Positions 1 through 16,100 of a DNA stretch of 64,000 nt are shown here, piece after piece. Each line of letters opens with the position of its first letter. Positions within the stretch are counted from its first letter, which is position 1. The stretch spans positions 124,001 to 188,000 of the forward strand of contig NIVC01001102.1 in NCBI GenBank assembly GCA_002269645.1. The letters are read 5' to 3'. Position numbers and translations under genes: made by a program. This DNA is from Macrostomum lignano (Eukaryota). The notes beneath the pieces were generated by a model. That model was given only the letters and a program-made list of their open reading frames with translations, was not told the DNA's origin and did not search any database.

Positions 1-1025
1 CTTACCCCTCAGTCTCGCTTACCCCTCAATCTCTCTTACCCCTTCAGTCTCTCTTACCCCTCAGTCTCTTTATTACCCCTCAGTCTCTCTATTACCTCTC
101 AGTCTCTCTTACCCCTCAGTCTCTCTATTACCCCTCAGTCTCTCTATTACCCCTCAGTCTCTCTATTACCCCTCAGTCTCTCTATTACCCCTCAGTCTCT
201 CTATTACCCCTCAGTCTCTCTATTACCTCTCAGTCTCTCTTACCCCTCAGTCTTTCTATTACCCCTCAGTCTCTCTATTACCCCTCAGTCTCTCTATTAC
301 CCCTCAGTCTCTCTATTACCCCTCAGTCTCTCTATTACCCCTCAGTTTCCCTTACCCCTCAGTCTCTATTACCCCCAGTCTCTCTTACCCCTCAGTCTCT
401 ATTACCCCTCAGTCTCTCTATTACCCCTCAGTCTCTCTATTACCCCTCAGTCTCTCAATTACCCCTCAGTCTCTCTATTACCCCTCAGTTTCCCTTACCC
501 CTCAGTCTCTATTACCCCTCAGTCTCTCTATTACCTCTCAGTCTCTCTTACCCCTCAGTCTCTCTTACCCCTTCAGTCTCTCTTATCCCTCAGTCTCCCT
601 TACCCCTTCAGTCTCTCTTACCCCTCAGTCTCCCTTACCCCTCAGTCTCTCTCTTACCCCTCAGTCTCGCTTACCCCTCAATCTCTCTTACCCCTTCAGT
701 CTCTCTTACCCCTCAGTCTCTTTATTACCCCTCAGTCTCTCTATTACCTCTCAGTCTCTCTTACCCCTCAGTCTCTCTATTACCCCTCAGTCTCTCTATT
801 ACCCCTCAGTCTCTCTATTACCCCTCAGTCTCTCTATTACCCCTCAGTCTCTCTTACCCCTCAGTCTCTCTTACCCCTCAGTCTCTCTTACCCTCAGTCT
901 CTCTTACCCCTCAGTCTCTCTTACCCCTCAGTTTCCCTTACCCCTCAGTCTCTCTTACCCCTCAGTTTCCCTTACCCCTCAGTCTCTCTCTTACCCCTCA
1001 GTCTCTCTATTACCCCTCAGTCTCC
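1..1025. repeat. Minisatellite, ~18-20 bp unit (TTACCCCTCAGTCTCTCTA-like), truncated by the window start
   Basis: About 50 imperfect tandem units are directly visible. Confidence 0.95.
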
Positions 1026-1218
1026 CACTGGCTCATCTATGTAATCAAAGTCCCTAATCTCCAAGAGTATGCTGGATTAAATTTAGCAACGAGTTGATAT
1101 CTATGGCAAGTCTAAAATTTTAACACATATTAACATCAGATTCTGTTACAAGTAGAGCTCCCCATTAGTTTAACTTGATCTTGTCATTTACTCAAAAATC
1201 AGTTGGAAAACGCACAGA

Positions 1219-4371
<3,153 letters not shown>

Positions 4372-5001
4372 TGAAGATTCTGAATGATTAAAAATACCGA
4401 ATTCTTCGTTTAACAAAGCGTGTATTTTTTTACTTTGTATGACTGACGTTTTTATTTGCCAATTTTCCTTACCAAAAAATTGATCTCTAAAATGTATCCT
4501 ACAAAAATTTACAATGACGCCATTATTTTGAAACATAATAACAACTTTTTATACGCCTCGAACAAACGTAGTGTGAACTGTATGAAAACATGTTATAATG
4601 TTTACACAAAACTACTCATGTAATATGCTGGTCTTCTTAAATATATTTTATTGTGTCATTTAAACAAATACATACTTAAAGCTACTACGGGTTGTACGTG
4701 AATATACTACAAAGAAAACGAATAATTCTACATAAAAATGAGTAGCTTTGACCCTCTTTCTTACGATGTTAATTTCTCACGAAAAAAGTTAAAACGAGAA
4801 AATGTTACATGTTAACTCTTGGGTGGAAAATAACATGCAACATACGCGTAAAATCACGATAGAAGAATACAAAAGTATTTTTGTTGATAAAATAGACGCA
4901 CAACTAAAATGATGAAAAATATAGAATCACAGATTAAGCTCAGTTTCTGTCAAATGATAAGTAACATGTTACAAGAGCTTGTTGCCATTTCAAAAATCCA
5001 C

Positions 5002-5214
5002 TTATCGATAATCGTCCTTCTGTCTCTTTGCCTGTATTTTAAAGTAGGAACAATAGGCCAGACAGATGCAGACCGACACCAGGCAGCCGACAAAGATCAC
5101 CAGCAGGACGATCACGGCAACCTCGTTGAAATAGTTGCAGCCCCAGTTGGTGACCACTCCGTTGGTGTAGCAGTCGGATATCTGGATGTTTTCCGGGGCG
5201 TTTGTTAAACCCAT
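5002..5214 (-). CDS. Putative 70-aa single-pass membrane protein with a Cys-rich juxtamembrane region
   Basis: The ATG lies in an AAACAATGG context. One ~25-aa hydrophobic helix (VAVIVLLVIFVGCLVSVCICLAYC) is followed by a basic stop-transfer segment (KIQAKRQK). I do not recognise a homolog. Confidence 0.55.
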   Translation of the reverse strand: MGLTNAPENIQISDCYTNGVVTNWGCNYFNEVAVIVLLVIFVGCLVSVCICLAYCSYFKIQAKRQKDDYR

Positions 5215-6033
5215 TGTTTTTTGTTATCGCTCAAACCGGAGAGACGCGACGTTAGCCTTGAGCTGCTCTCCGTTAATAAGCCTACCATGTTTATACCAGA
5301 AATTTCTCTTCAAGCACGACTTCTTTTCTCTCGCACAGGTTGACTTAAAGGCCTGAGCTAGCTCGTATTGGTAGCTAGCAGATTTGATTTAATATCGATT
5401 TTCTCTACGTCCGTACGCGCACGCACGTCATTCACTTATAGCCGGGATTTGTTCCACCCCAACTTTTGCACTAAGGAGTGGGTTCTTGCCCAAGTCAGTT
5501 TTTTTCTCCTCTCTCTCTCAGTCTGCTTCGATCAACTACAGATCAAAACGCGTCAGTCTATTTTTAGCTACCATGTCTTTAGTATATACTTTGCTAGCCT
5601 CTACCCACAAGTACCCGCGGTAATATTATTATTATTGTTACCCCGGTGTTTACATTTAGTGCGACAAAAGCCGTAAAAATTATGTATATGTCGACATGGA
5701 CTAAATAGCTAACCTTTTAGTCCAACGATTAATTGTCTTCTCTAAGTGAACAAACGATTTGGTTCTATACAAGGCTACTTCAAGTAGCAAAGTTTGAATT
5801 ACTCTGAGGACAAATGGAAATAAAAAATTCAAATTCGAAAAATCCAAGGGAGGTCTCCGATAAAATTGTTTTTTAGTCGCAATCTTTAATTCTGCTTTGA
5901 GCAGCCATTGTGCCAGGTGAATCTACCTGCGAAGGGAGCTGGGAAATTGACCATCTGGTCAGGCCTCGTGTCTAAAAAGATGGATAGATAAAACGCTACC
6001 GTGAAGGCATGAGCCCCAGAAGCTGGTATCTTC

Positions 6034-6409
<376 letters not shown>

Positions 6410-7165
6410 ATATGCAACAGCTAAATCAAACATGCTTCTTTAGCTTATTAATGCAAGACTTAAAAGTACATCCGAATTCTTTATTCTTTGTATTTGCATA
6501 AGCAGGATAAGGGATATTGCATAAATTTTAAAATATAGTAATGGATATTATGCAACTTTGGTTAGATCGGAATTGCCGAACTGAATTTTACGGAATATCT
6601 GTAGTTATTTTTAGTAATGAACAAAATCATTAAACGGCTGGCGATTAAAACATAATAGGCGACGTCTACTAGAATCAATAAGCATTTTGAAAAAAGATGG
6701 TTGGTTGGTACTAGAATATCTATGAGTATCTGTGAACTCGGATTAGCACAAGCGTACATGTCAGAAAATCGATAATTTTACGAGTGATGTGTGCAGTGAT
6801 GTTGGACAAAATAATCTACGAGAAATACAAGCTTTACGAGCTATTTTCAACAGAGGAGTTGAATGTTAATACGAGCGTAAAACCTTAATTATGGGTTTTC
6901 AGCTTAGCACTTGCAATCTACTTTTAACGACCTGCATCCTGTACAGCAGTGACGTCGTTATCAGTCGGCCTCTTTTCGCTAATAAAACTACCCGCTTAAT
7001 TGTCGATCGACCTCGAAATATTGTATCGGTATAGCGACCTTCTTTGACCCATTTCTATCAACAGAGGAAATATATATATATATATATATATATTGATCCA
7101 ATTGAAGTTTTTGTTCAGCACAAAGCATCAAAATCAGTACATAGTACGAAATTTAGAATCACAGT

Positions 7166-10100
7166 TTAAAGTTGCGTTGTTTTCCTCGAATTTTGTTGAT
7201 GCTGCTGTTGCTGCTGTTTCAGAATCATCTGTCTCAGCTGTTCCGCTTTGCCAGTAAACGACGCTGGCCTTTCAGCAGCCGTTGCATCAGTTGCGGCCAC
7301 GTCGGCTAGCTGCGGATTCGCCACAGATCGGCGCAGTTGAATTGGCGATGAGTCTCCGTTGTTCACTGCTGGAGTTGGCTTCGGCGAGGTGTTACTAACA
7401 GTAGTTGCTGCACTGGAACTAGATGCGGAAGATGAAGCACCTGCTACAGCAGCTGGACCATTCGTAGAAGCAGGAGCAGCAGCGGCAGAAATCTTTGTTG
7501 TTGTAGAAGAAACAGGAGTACTGCTGGTGGCAACGGATTCTTTAGTGGCATCAATAGACTTGTTGGAGTTCTCAGCAGCAACTGCAGCGGTTGCCGCAAC
7601 GGATCCAGATGGCACGATGATCATCCTGGATCCAGCGCTCTTTCTATTGAGCTGCGCCTCAATCTGCTGGCTGGGTTCAACCTGACCGGAGTCGATCTTT
7701 TTCCGTCGAAGTTCAACCAGGCGTCGAAGCTCCTGATCGTGGTCCGGCGTGGCTGCGGCCGGTTTTGCTAGCAGGGAGCGTCGGCGAATAATTGCCACGG
7801 AGGCGGCGGTCGACGGAGTGCCAAGCGACGGCTTCGGCGGCGGAGGAGGCGGCGGCGCAGTCGGCGGTGGCGGTGGCACCCGGGTGGGCAACGGCGCTAT
7901 GGTGGATATTTTCCGATCAATTGGACTTTGCTTCTCGTCGAGATTTGGTGGATCTGAAGCGCTTTGAGTTGGATTGGATTGATCGTTTCTTTGACTGCTT
8001 TGCTGTTGAGCATCGTTTCCAAAACCTTCTGGTGCGGGCAAAACTTCCACAGGTTCTTCTATCGGTGCTTCGACGCCTGTAGTAGCAGCTGTTGGAGCCT
8101 CGTTGACTTCTGGCTGCTGCTCTGCTTCTGGTGACGCGGCAGCCACTGCGGCAGCAGCGCCTGCAGCAACCACTGCACTTTTGGCTACTGGTTGAACTGT
8201 TGATTCCTCAGGTGTGTCAGATTTTGACGTTGTAGCGCTAGTATTTGTGTCTTTATTCTCGGTTTCTGCTACCGCAACTGGCTCTGGCTGAGTCGTCTGC
8301 TCCGCAGGCAACGGGTCCTCGGGAATTTCTTCGTAGCAGTTGAGCGTTCGGTCTAGCATGTCTGTTCAATTTTATAGGCAGGTGTGAAAAGTGTAGAAAA
8401 GTTGATGTTAGGATATCGTCAGAAAATACTAAAGATAGCTTGCAAAATGTAAAATCGCATACCAATGGCTCTCAACGGTTCAGTGTCGCTTTGAACAGAG
8501 AGCACCGATTGACTGTGGCCGTCTCGAACCGGAGTTGGCGGCGTCAGCAGTTTCAGTGTCAGAGTGTCACCTGTGATTAACTGCAGACAGTCAACGTGAG
8601 ACAATGCCCGAACGTCTACTCCGTTGATCTCCAGCACCAGGTCGTCCTGGCGCATTCCTGCTAAATAAGCCGGCTTGCCAGGTTCGATGGGGCCCAGGAT
8701 CTGACGCGACGACGTGGCATTGGAGTCCGTACTGGCCGAGATTGGAGTCTTACTGCCTTTCAGAGTGAAGCCGAAGCCGCCACCGGAGCTACGCTGAATG
8801 ACAACCGTGCGAGCCAGTTGCTCTGGTGGCAGAGAATCTTTTCGGCTGTAAATGAAAAGTGTTTTTTCCTGAGATTAGCAAAACATGTACAATTTTTTAC
8901 TATCAAGTGTTTTACCAGCAGGACTAGCTCGGATTTACGGAATTGTCCACATTTTCGGTACAGTGTCGCCGTTAGAGCGATAAATCGGTAATTAGAGTTG
9001 CTAATTATTAAGAGCGTAATGGTATTTGATATTGTATGCACCCTGGTTGCACTTTAATCACATTGTCACACAATCACCACTACAACCACTACCGCATTAC
9101 TGCCCATTCCGCCGACTGCCCTGAGCAGGCACACAATTAGCGCACGCGGATACGTACGCAGTCATACGCACAGGCACACACACAGGAGTGTTAGACATAT
9201 AAATGTACACTTCACTGTGCTTTGGGGGTTGACCCTCAAGGGCGTTAATTGCAAAAGCATAGCGCAGCTAAGATTCCAATTTGAACACACTTGGAATCGA
9301 GCCTGGGCCTCTTGCACATCAGAGCCCCCCCCCCCCACGCTAAACCACAGGGCTACGGCATCTAAGTAAAAAATTAGTGTACCAACTGTTTGCTTACCTT
9401 CCAGCAAAGACAAACTCGCTTCTCGTTGAATAATGGCTACCTGTAAGTAAATTTGGTCGATAGAAAAATTAATAGTCAATTTTACTTTACAAAAATTCGC
9501 TAATTTTTTTAACTCAGGCAGTCAAGAGAGAATCCTAAAGAGAATTCCATCCAGTAACTTAACAAGTATAGTCGAATAAGCAAGCAATAGGTTTATAAAA
9601 AAAGTATGGTGCAGTGAAAAACCGATTGCATTGCAAGTATGACCCCGAATTTGTATAATTTATAAATATATCTCCTATCGCTAATATTGAGTTGAACGCG
9701 ACCATCTCAAATGTCACAAGCACCGCTTATTTGCCAAAGGGCATGACAACAGAGTTGGAGCTCTTAGTAGCTGTATATATGCAATGCTCAAACAAGATTT
9801 TGCTCTTCCATGGGGATTATTTATCGAGACTTCATGCAAAAATACACGTGCAACACACGAATACATCAGGACTCTAGGCTATCAGTCATACGAAGTACAC
9901 TTAAACCAAATCCTCCTACTTAATAGCTATCTTCTTTAGTTGAGCCTAAGATGACATAACATGAAAGAAACACCTTGAATGTACACGTGCACTCTACGGT
10001 AAACACGCTCGTAAGAAAAGGTAAACACACCTTGCGCACCAAACACAAAATTTTATCACACGAATGATACGATTGTAGCAACCAAAATTGTGAACAGACG

Positions 10101-13100
10101 GTAACTGTGATTATACGTAGAACACCAACCAAGACTGTGAAAGCAGAAGGCTTTGAGTAGACTGTGAAAACACTAAAAGAACCAACTGATGCTGTAGAGA
10201 CACACAGAAAGGATTACGAGCGTATCTGGTTGTTCAAAGTCGAAGATAAACTGGACTAAATGAGATTGACGTTAAAGAAGGCAGATATCAAGAACAAAAA
10301 GATGCAATTATGAACGTATAAACCCTAAAAAACGAAAGTCCCTTACCAACTGTCGCTCCGAATCCAGCAGCCATCGAAGAAGACACAGATAGGCGGCCCA
10401 TAGACAGGTCTCGCTCAAACAGGGTGCTCTGTGACCTACCCGCCTGTTGGTGCACCTGCTGCCTGTAGTGGGCCGCGCCGACGCTGGCTAGTGAGCCCCA
10501 ACCGCGACTTCCGTAGCCCAGTGACTGACCGCCGCCAAGGTTGCTGTTTGTTCGTCTTCGACGCGTGTTCAGTCTGGGCTTAGCGTCTATCGGAGTCACT
10601 TCGGAGGGGCTGAAGTCGCGGATCAGCTCGGCTAGACTTTGGTTGCCAGCCAGCAACGCCGTGTCCTCGGCGTTATGACCCTGGTAGTTTTTTATTTGCC
10701 TGTCGGCGCCCCGTCTTAGAAGTGTCCTGGCGCATTCAAGCTGCAAATTTTGTTGAAATGGGCCATAAGGACAATAGCAAGGACATCAAACGCCCCAAGG
10801 GCAATGAATCTAATAGCGGTGACACCAGTTCTAGGAAAACAGGATCTAATGTCGGTGACATCATACGTCCTAAGAAAACAGGATCTAATAGCAAACTTAG
10901 CTTGATTTGGTGAATTTAGTCGTCAATTTATATTGAGTACCATTGTTGCCAAACAAAAAATTTTGCCCACCTGATTAGCCAGAGCAGAAACGTGCAACGG
11001 TGTGTTACCGTGAGTTGAAGTGCTATTAATATCGGCACCGTAGGTCAGCAGCAGTTCAAGATGGTGCTCCCTGCCCAGTTTGCAGGCCTGTGGATGATTT
11101 AGGAATGCAATAAATTGCAGCAGAGCTGTGGGACTCCTGGAAAAAATCTTTGGAAACATCGTCCCACAGCTAGCCAGCGCGCTGACGCAATTCTGACCAT
11201 TCCGCTGACTCTCCTCAGCACATACATACTGTACGCTGGCACGCACTAATACACACGCTCACACAGGGTGTACAGCGGCTCTGACTTTCTTATTGACAGG
11301 CATGTACACTGTCAGCGCCTTGGGGGCTGGCCCTCATGGCTTTGAAGAGCGCGACAACCCCCAACTGAATGTCGCCGCGCACCAGGGGTTGCGGCGTGAG
11401 AATCAGATGCGTGTTTTTCAACAAAGACCAATTAATGCCGAACCTGGTGAATTTCGCATAGGCCCTTGTCGTCCCTGATGCCCAGGCAGCTTCCATCGTA
11501 TAGCAGCATCTCGGCAACCACGGTGGAACCGCTGTGAAGGATGCTGTGATATAACGGAGTCAAACCGCCTGAGTCTAGGCAATTCGGAGACTGACCTAGG
11601 TCGAGTAGAGTCTGGAAAATATTTTTAAGATTGTGATTCAGTAGGTCAGTGATGCAGTGACTCAGTAGGTCAGTGATGCAGTGACTCAGTAGGTCAGTGA
11701 TGCAATGACTCAGTAGGTCAGTGATGCAGTGACTCAGTAAATCAGTGATGGGGTGACTCAGTAGGTCAGTGATGCAGTGACTCAGTAGGTCAGTGATGTA
11801 GTGGCTCAGTAGGTCAGTGATGCAGTGACTCAGTAGGTCAGTGATGTAGTGACTCAGTAGGTCAGTGATGGGGTCACTCAGTAGATCAGTGATGGGGTGA
11901 CTCAGTAGGTCAGTGATGGGGTGACTCAGTAGGTCAGTGATGCAGTGACTCAGTAGGTCAGTGATGCAGTGACTCAGTAGGTAAGTGATGCAGTGACTCA
12001 GTAGGTCAGTGATGGGGTGACTCAGTAGGTCAGTGATGTAGTGGCTCAGTAGGTCAGTGATGCAGTGACTCAGTAGGTCAGTGATGTAGTGACTCAGTAG
12101 GTCAGTGATGGGGTCACTCAGTAGATCAGTGATGGGGTGACTCAGTAGGTCAGTGATGCAGTGACTCAGTAGGTCAGTGATGCAGTGACTCAGTAGGTCA
12201 GTGATGCAGTGACTCAGTAGGTCAGTGATGTAGTGACTCAGTAGGTCAGTGATGCAGTGACTCAGTAGGTCAGTGATGCAGTGACTCAGTAGGTCAGTGA
12301 TGTAGTGACTCAGTAGGTCAGTGATGCAGTGACTCAGTAGGTCAGTGATGCAGTGACTCAGTAGGTCAGTGATGCAGTGACTCAGTAGGTCAGTGATGCA
12401 GTGACTCAGTAGGTCAGTGATGCAGTGACTCAGTAGGTCAGTGATGCAATGAATCATGCTCACCTGTATAGACTCCCCATTGCCAGTGATGGCGGCCAGG
12501 TGCATAGCCGTCAGACCTTTGGCGTCGCGAAAATCCAGAAATGCTCCGCCAGAAATCAGCGTCAGAATCATTTCGCGCGAACGTTTGAGCTCAGTAGCTA
12601 CCATCAGGGCTGTGGCTGGAAGGTATTGATAAGTAAATTGAAAATTTATTATAAGTGAAAAAGCTAAGTTCTGAACAAGCATTGGCTTAGACAGCTTAGC
12701 AAAGATCGAGTAAAGCAGGATAGCGATGATGACAAACGTCTTTGGAAATTGGGTCTGATAGCGGTGACATCAAAGGTACAAGGAAGTGGGGTCTGATGGC
12801 GGCAACATCAAAGGTACAATGAAATGAAGTCTGATGGTGGCGAGATTAAAGGTACAATGAAATGAAGTCTGATGGCGGTGAGATCAAAGGTACAATGAAA
12901 TGGTGTCTGATGGCGGTGAGATCAAGGGTTCAAGGAAATGGGGGTCCAGTGGCGGTGACAACAAAGGTACAATGAAATGGGGTCTGATGGCGGTGACAAC
13001 AAAGGTACAATGAAATGGGGTCTGATGGCGGCGACATCAAAGGTACAATGAAATGGGTCAGGTTTTATCGCGGCAAGATCAAGTGTTTAAGGAAATAAGA

Positions 13101-16100
13101 GTCCAGTGGCGATGACATTGAAGGTCAATGAGATGTGGTTCAGTGGCGGTAAAATCAAAGGAAATAACAGAATGCATTTATTTTATGGCGGTAAAATTAA
13201 AGGAAAAATGAATAGTTCGTAATTTATTAACAAATTTAGGACTACTATTGACAGTCCTATCTAATCCAAAAATGTACTTAAAAAATTTTAGTTATACGCC
13301 CGTATTTAAACTACGTAAAAAGGCTGCAAGCACTCTGCCATACGTTTCAATTGGCACGAGGCCTTCGTCTGTATAACAGTATTAAATGCGAAATTAACAC
13401 ATTCACATGTAACACTCAATCGTCTGTTTAAAAGCTAATTGGAATGCTTTTAAACAGTCTGGAACACTCTGACTCCTCGATGAGTTTCTTAATTGGTTTA
13501 TTATTACCTTTACACAGTGTATACCATATGTTATAATACGACGATTAACTTTATAGCACTGGACCTCAGCGATGTTATTATTACTTTACGATTCAAGTTT
13601 TAGAGGTGCTGACTGTAAATGCGGTTAGACCAAGCACATGTATAATCGCTTGGTTGTAAGTGAGAGCTCTAAGTGTATGATGTGTGTGCGTGTGAAAAAT
13701 TGCTTGCAGAAAATCTCCAATTTCAATGGTCAAGGCATGACTTATACACTAGAATGAAATGGTTAGCTGTAAACAGAAGGTAAAAGCCGGTTTAAGATGG
13801 AAGAAGACTACAGGTAAAGCAAAGACACGATTTTACAGGCATTTTTAATGGGAGTTAGGAGATAGACAGGTAGGATTGTAGAGAGAGAAGAATAACAGAA
13901 ACATACAGGTCTCAGAGATGGACAGACAGGTCACACAGATGGACAGACAGGTCTCAGAGATGGACAGACAGGTCTCAGAGATGGACAGACAGGTCACAGA
14001 GATGGACAGACAGGTAACAGAGGTGGACAGACAGGTCACAGAGATGGACAGACAGGTAACAGAGGTGGACAGACAGGTCACACAGATGGACAGACAGATC
14101 ACAGAGATGGACAGACAGGTCTCAGAGATGGACAGACAGGTCACAGAGATGGACGGACAGGTAAAAGAGATGGACAGACAGGTCACAGAGATGGACAGAC
14201 AGGTCACACAGATGGACAGACAGGTCACAGAGAGGGACAGGCAGGTAACACAGATGGACAGACAGGTCACAGAGAGGGACAGGCAGGTAACACAGATGGA
14301 CAGACAGGTCACAGAGATGGACAGACAGGTAACAGAGATTGACAGACAGGTCACAGAGATGGACAGACAGGTCACACAGATGGACAGACAGGTCACACAG
14401 ATGGACAGACAGGTCACACAGATGGACAGACAGGTCACAGAGATGGACAGACAGGTAACAGAGGTGGACAGACAGGTCACAGAGATGGACAGACAGGTAA
14501 CAGAGGTGGACAGACAGGTCACACAGATGGACAGACAGATCACAGAGATGGACAGACAGGTAACAGAGATGGACAGACAGGTCACAGAGATGGACAGACA
14601 GGTCACACAGATGGACAGACAGGTCACAGAGAGGGACAGGCAGGTAACACAGATGGACAGACAGGTCACAGAGATGGACAGACAGGTCACAGAGATGGAC
14701 AGGCAGGTAACACAGATGGACAGACAGGTCACAGAGAGGGACAGGCAGGTAACACAGATGGACAGACAGGTCACACAGATGGACAGACAGGTCACACAGA
14801 TGGACAGACAGGTCACAGAGATGGACAGACAGGTAACAGAGGTGGACAGACAGGTCACAGAGATGGACAGACAGGTCACACAGATGGACAGACAGGTCAC
14901 ACAGATGGACAGACAGGTCACACAGATGGACAGACAGGTCACAGAGATGGACAGACAGGTAACAGAGGTGGACAGACAGGTCACAGAGATGGACAGACAG
15001 GTAACAGAGGTGGACAGACAGGTCACACAGATGGACAGACAGATCACAGAGATGGACAGACAGGTAACAGAGATGGACAGACAGGTCACAGAGAGGGACA
15101 GGCAGGTAACACAGATGGACAGACAGGTCACAGAGATGGACAGACAGGTCACAGAGAGGGACAGGCAGGTAACACAGATGGACAGACAGGTCACAGAGAT
15201 GGACAGACAGGTCACAGAGATGGACAGACAGGTCACACAGATGGACAGACAGGTCACAGAGAGGAACAGGCAGGTCACAGAGAGGAACAGACAAGGTCAC
15301 AGAGAGCAACAGAGGTCACAGACAAATACAAACAGGTCACAGAAAAAAACTACTATATACCCCATATAATACCCCAGCCTCACCTCCGTTGCTCTTGCAG
15401 GGCACATTGGGATCCAGTCCGCTGCTCAGGTGCATATTGACAGCTGCTGTGTCACCGGCTTGCAACGATTGTACAAAATGTTTTAAATTTGACTGTAAGA
15501 ATTCGATAAATTGTTATTTATTAGTTGGATTATAAATAAAGTACAGTTTACATAGATCAGTAAAGTTTGCTCACTTTTGAATTGGCGCGTTTAATTTTGC
15601 TGACGCTGAGACTTGAGTTTCGATAAATTCTGCGTTTGTACCGAAGCTGAAAATTTTTCAGATAAATAATTCAATATTTAGTTATAATAACTGCTGCTAA
15701 TATAACTGTACTCGTATCTGTGTGTGCTTTATCTTATCTGAAAGCAAACGCATATCAAATAATACAGAAAACGCATATTGACTTATTTATTGGGTCTAAT
15801 TCTAAATATAGAAACACAGAAGTTTTAACCGTAGCGTATAATGTGGTACATTTTTAATTGATGCTGTTTCTACTGTTTGTCTCTGGAGAACTTAGTCGAC
15901 ACTCTCCCTACTTAAGGATGTACACAATCATCTCATTCTTGAGCACTTAGTTCACACCCTCTCTTCTCAAAGCCACTAAAAAATCTCAGACGATTGATTT
16001 CAAAGCAACGTACCTCAACGTCTCCAATCGGCCCAGTCATTGGATATTCGTTAAGCAACCTTTCTTCTTGTAGGAATTTACCAGCTCTGCCTCTGTTGCC

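Noticed and set aside
9075-9125. Candidate Shank mini-exon (AVGGMGSNA)
   Set aside because: The sequence is the 3' end of SINE family B; the phase-correct linker exon is 9440-9398.
13845-15369. 483-aa MDRQVTE heptad ORF resembling a coiled coil, plus overlapping antisense ORFs
   Set aside because: It coincides exactly with a 21-bp minisatellite in a Shank intron; several frames are open only because the unit lacks stops.
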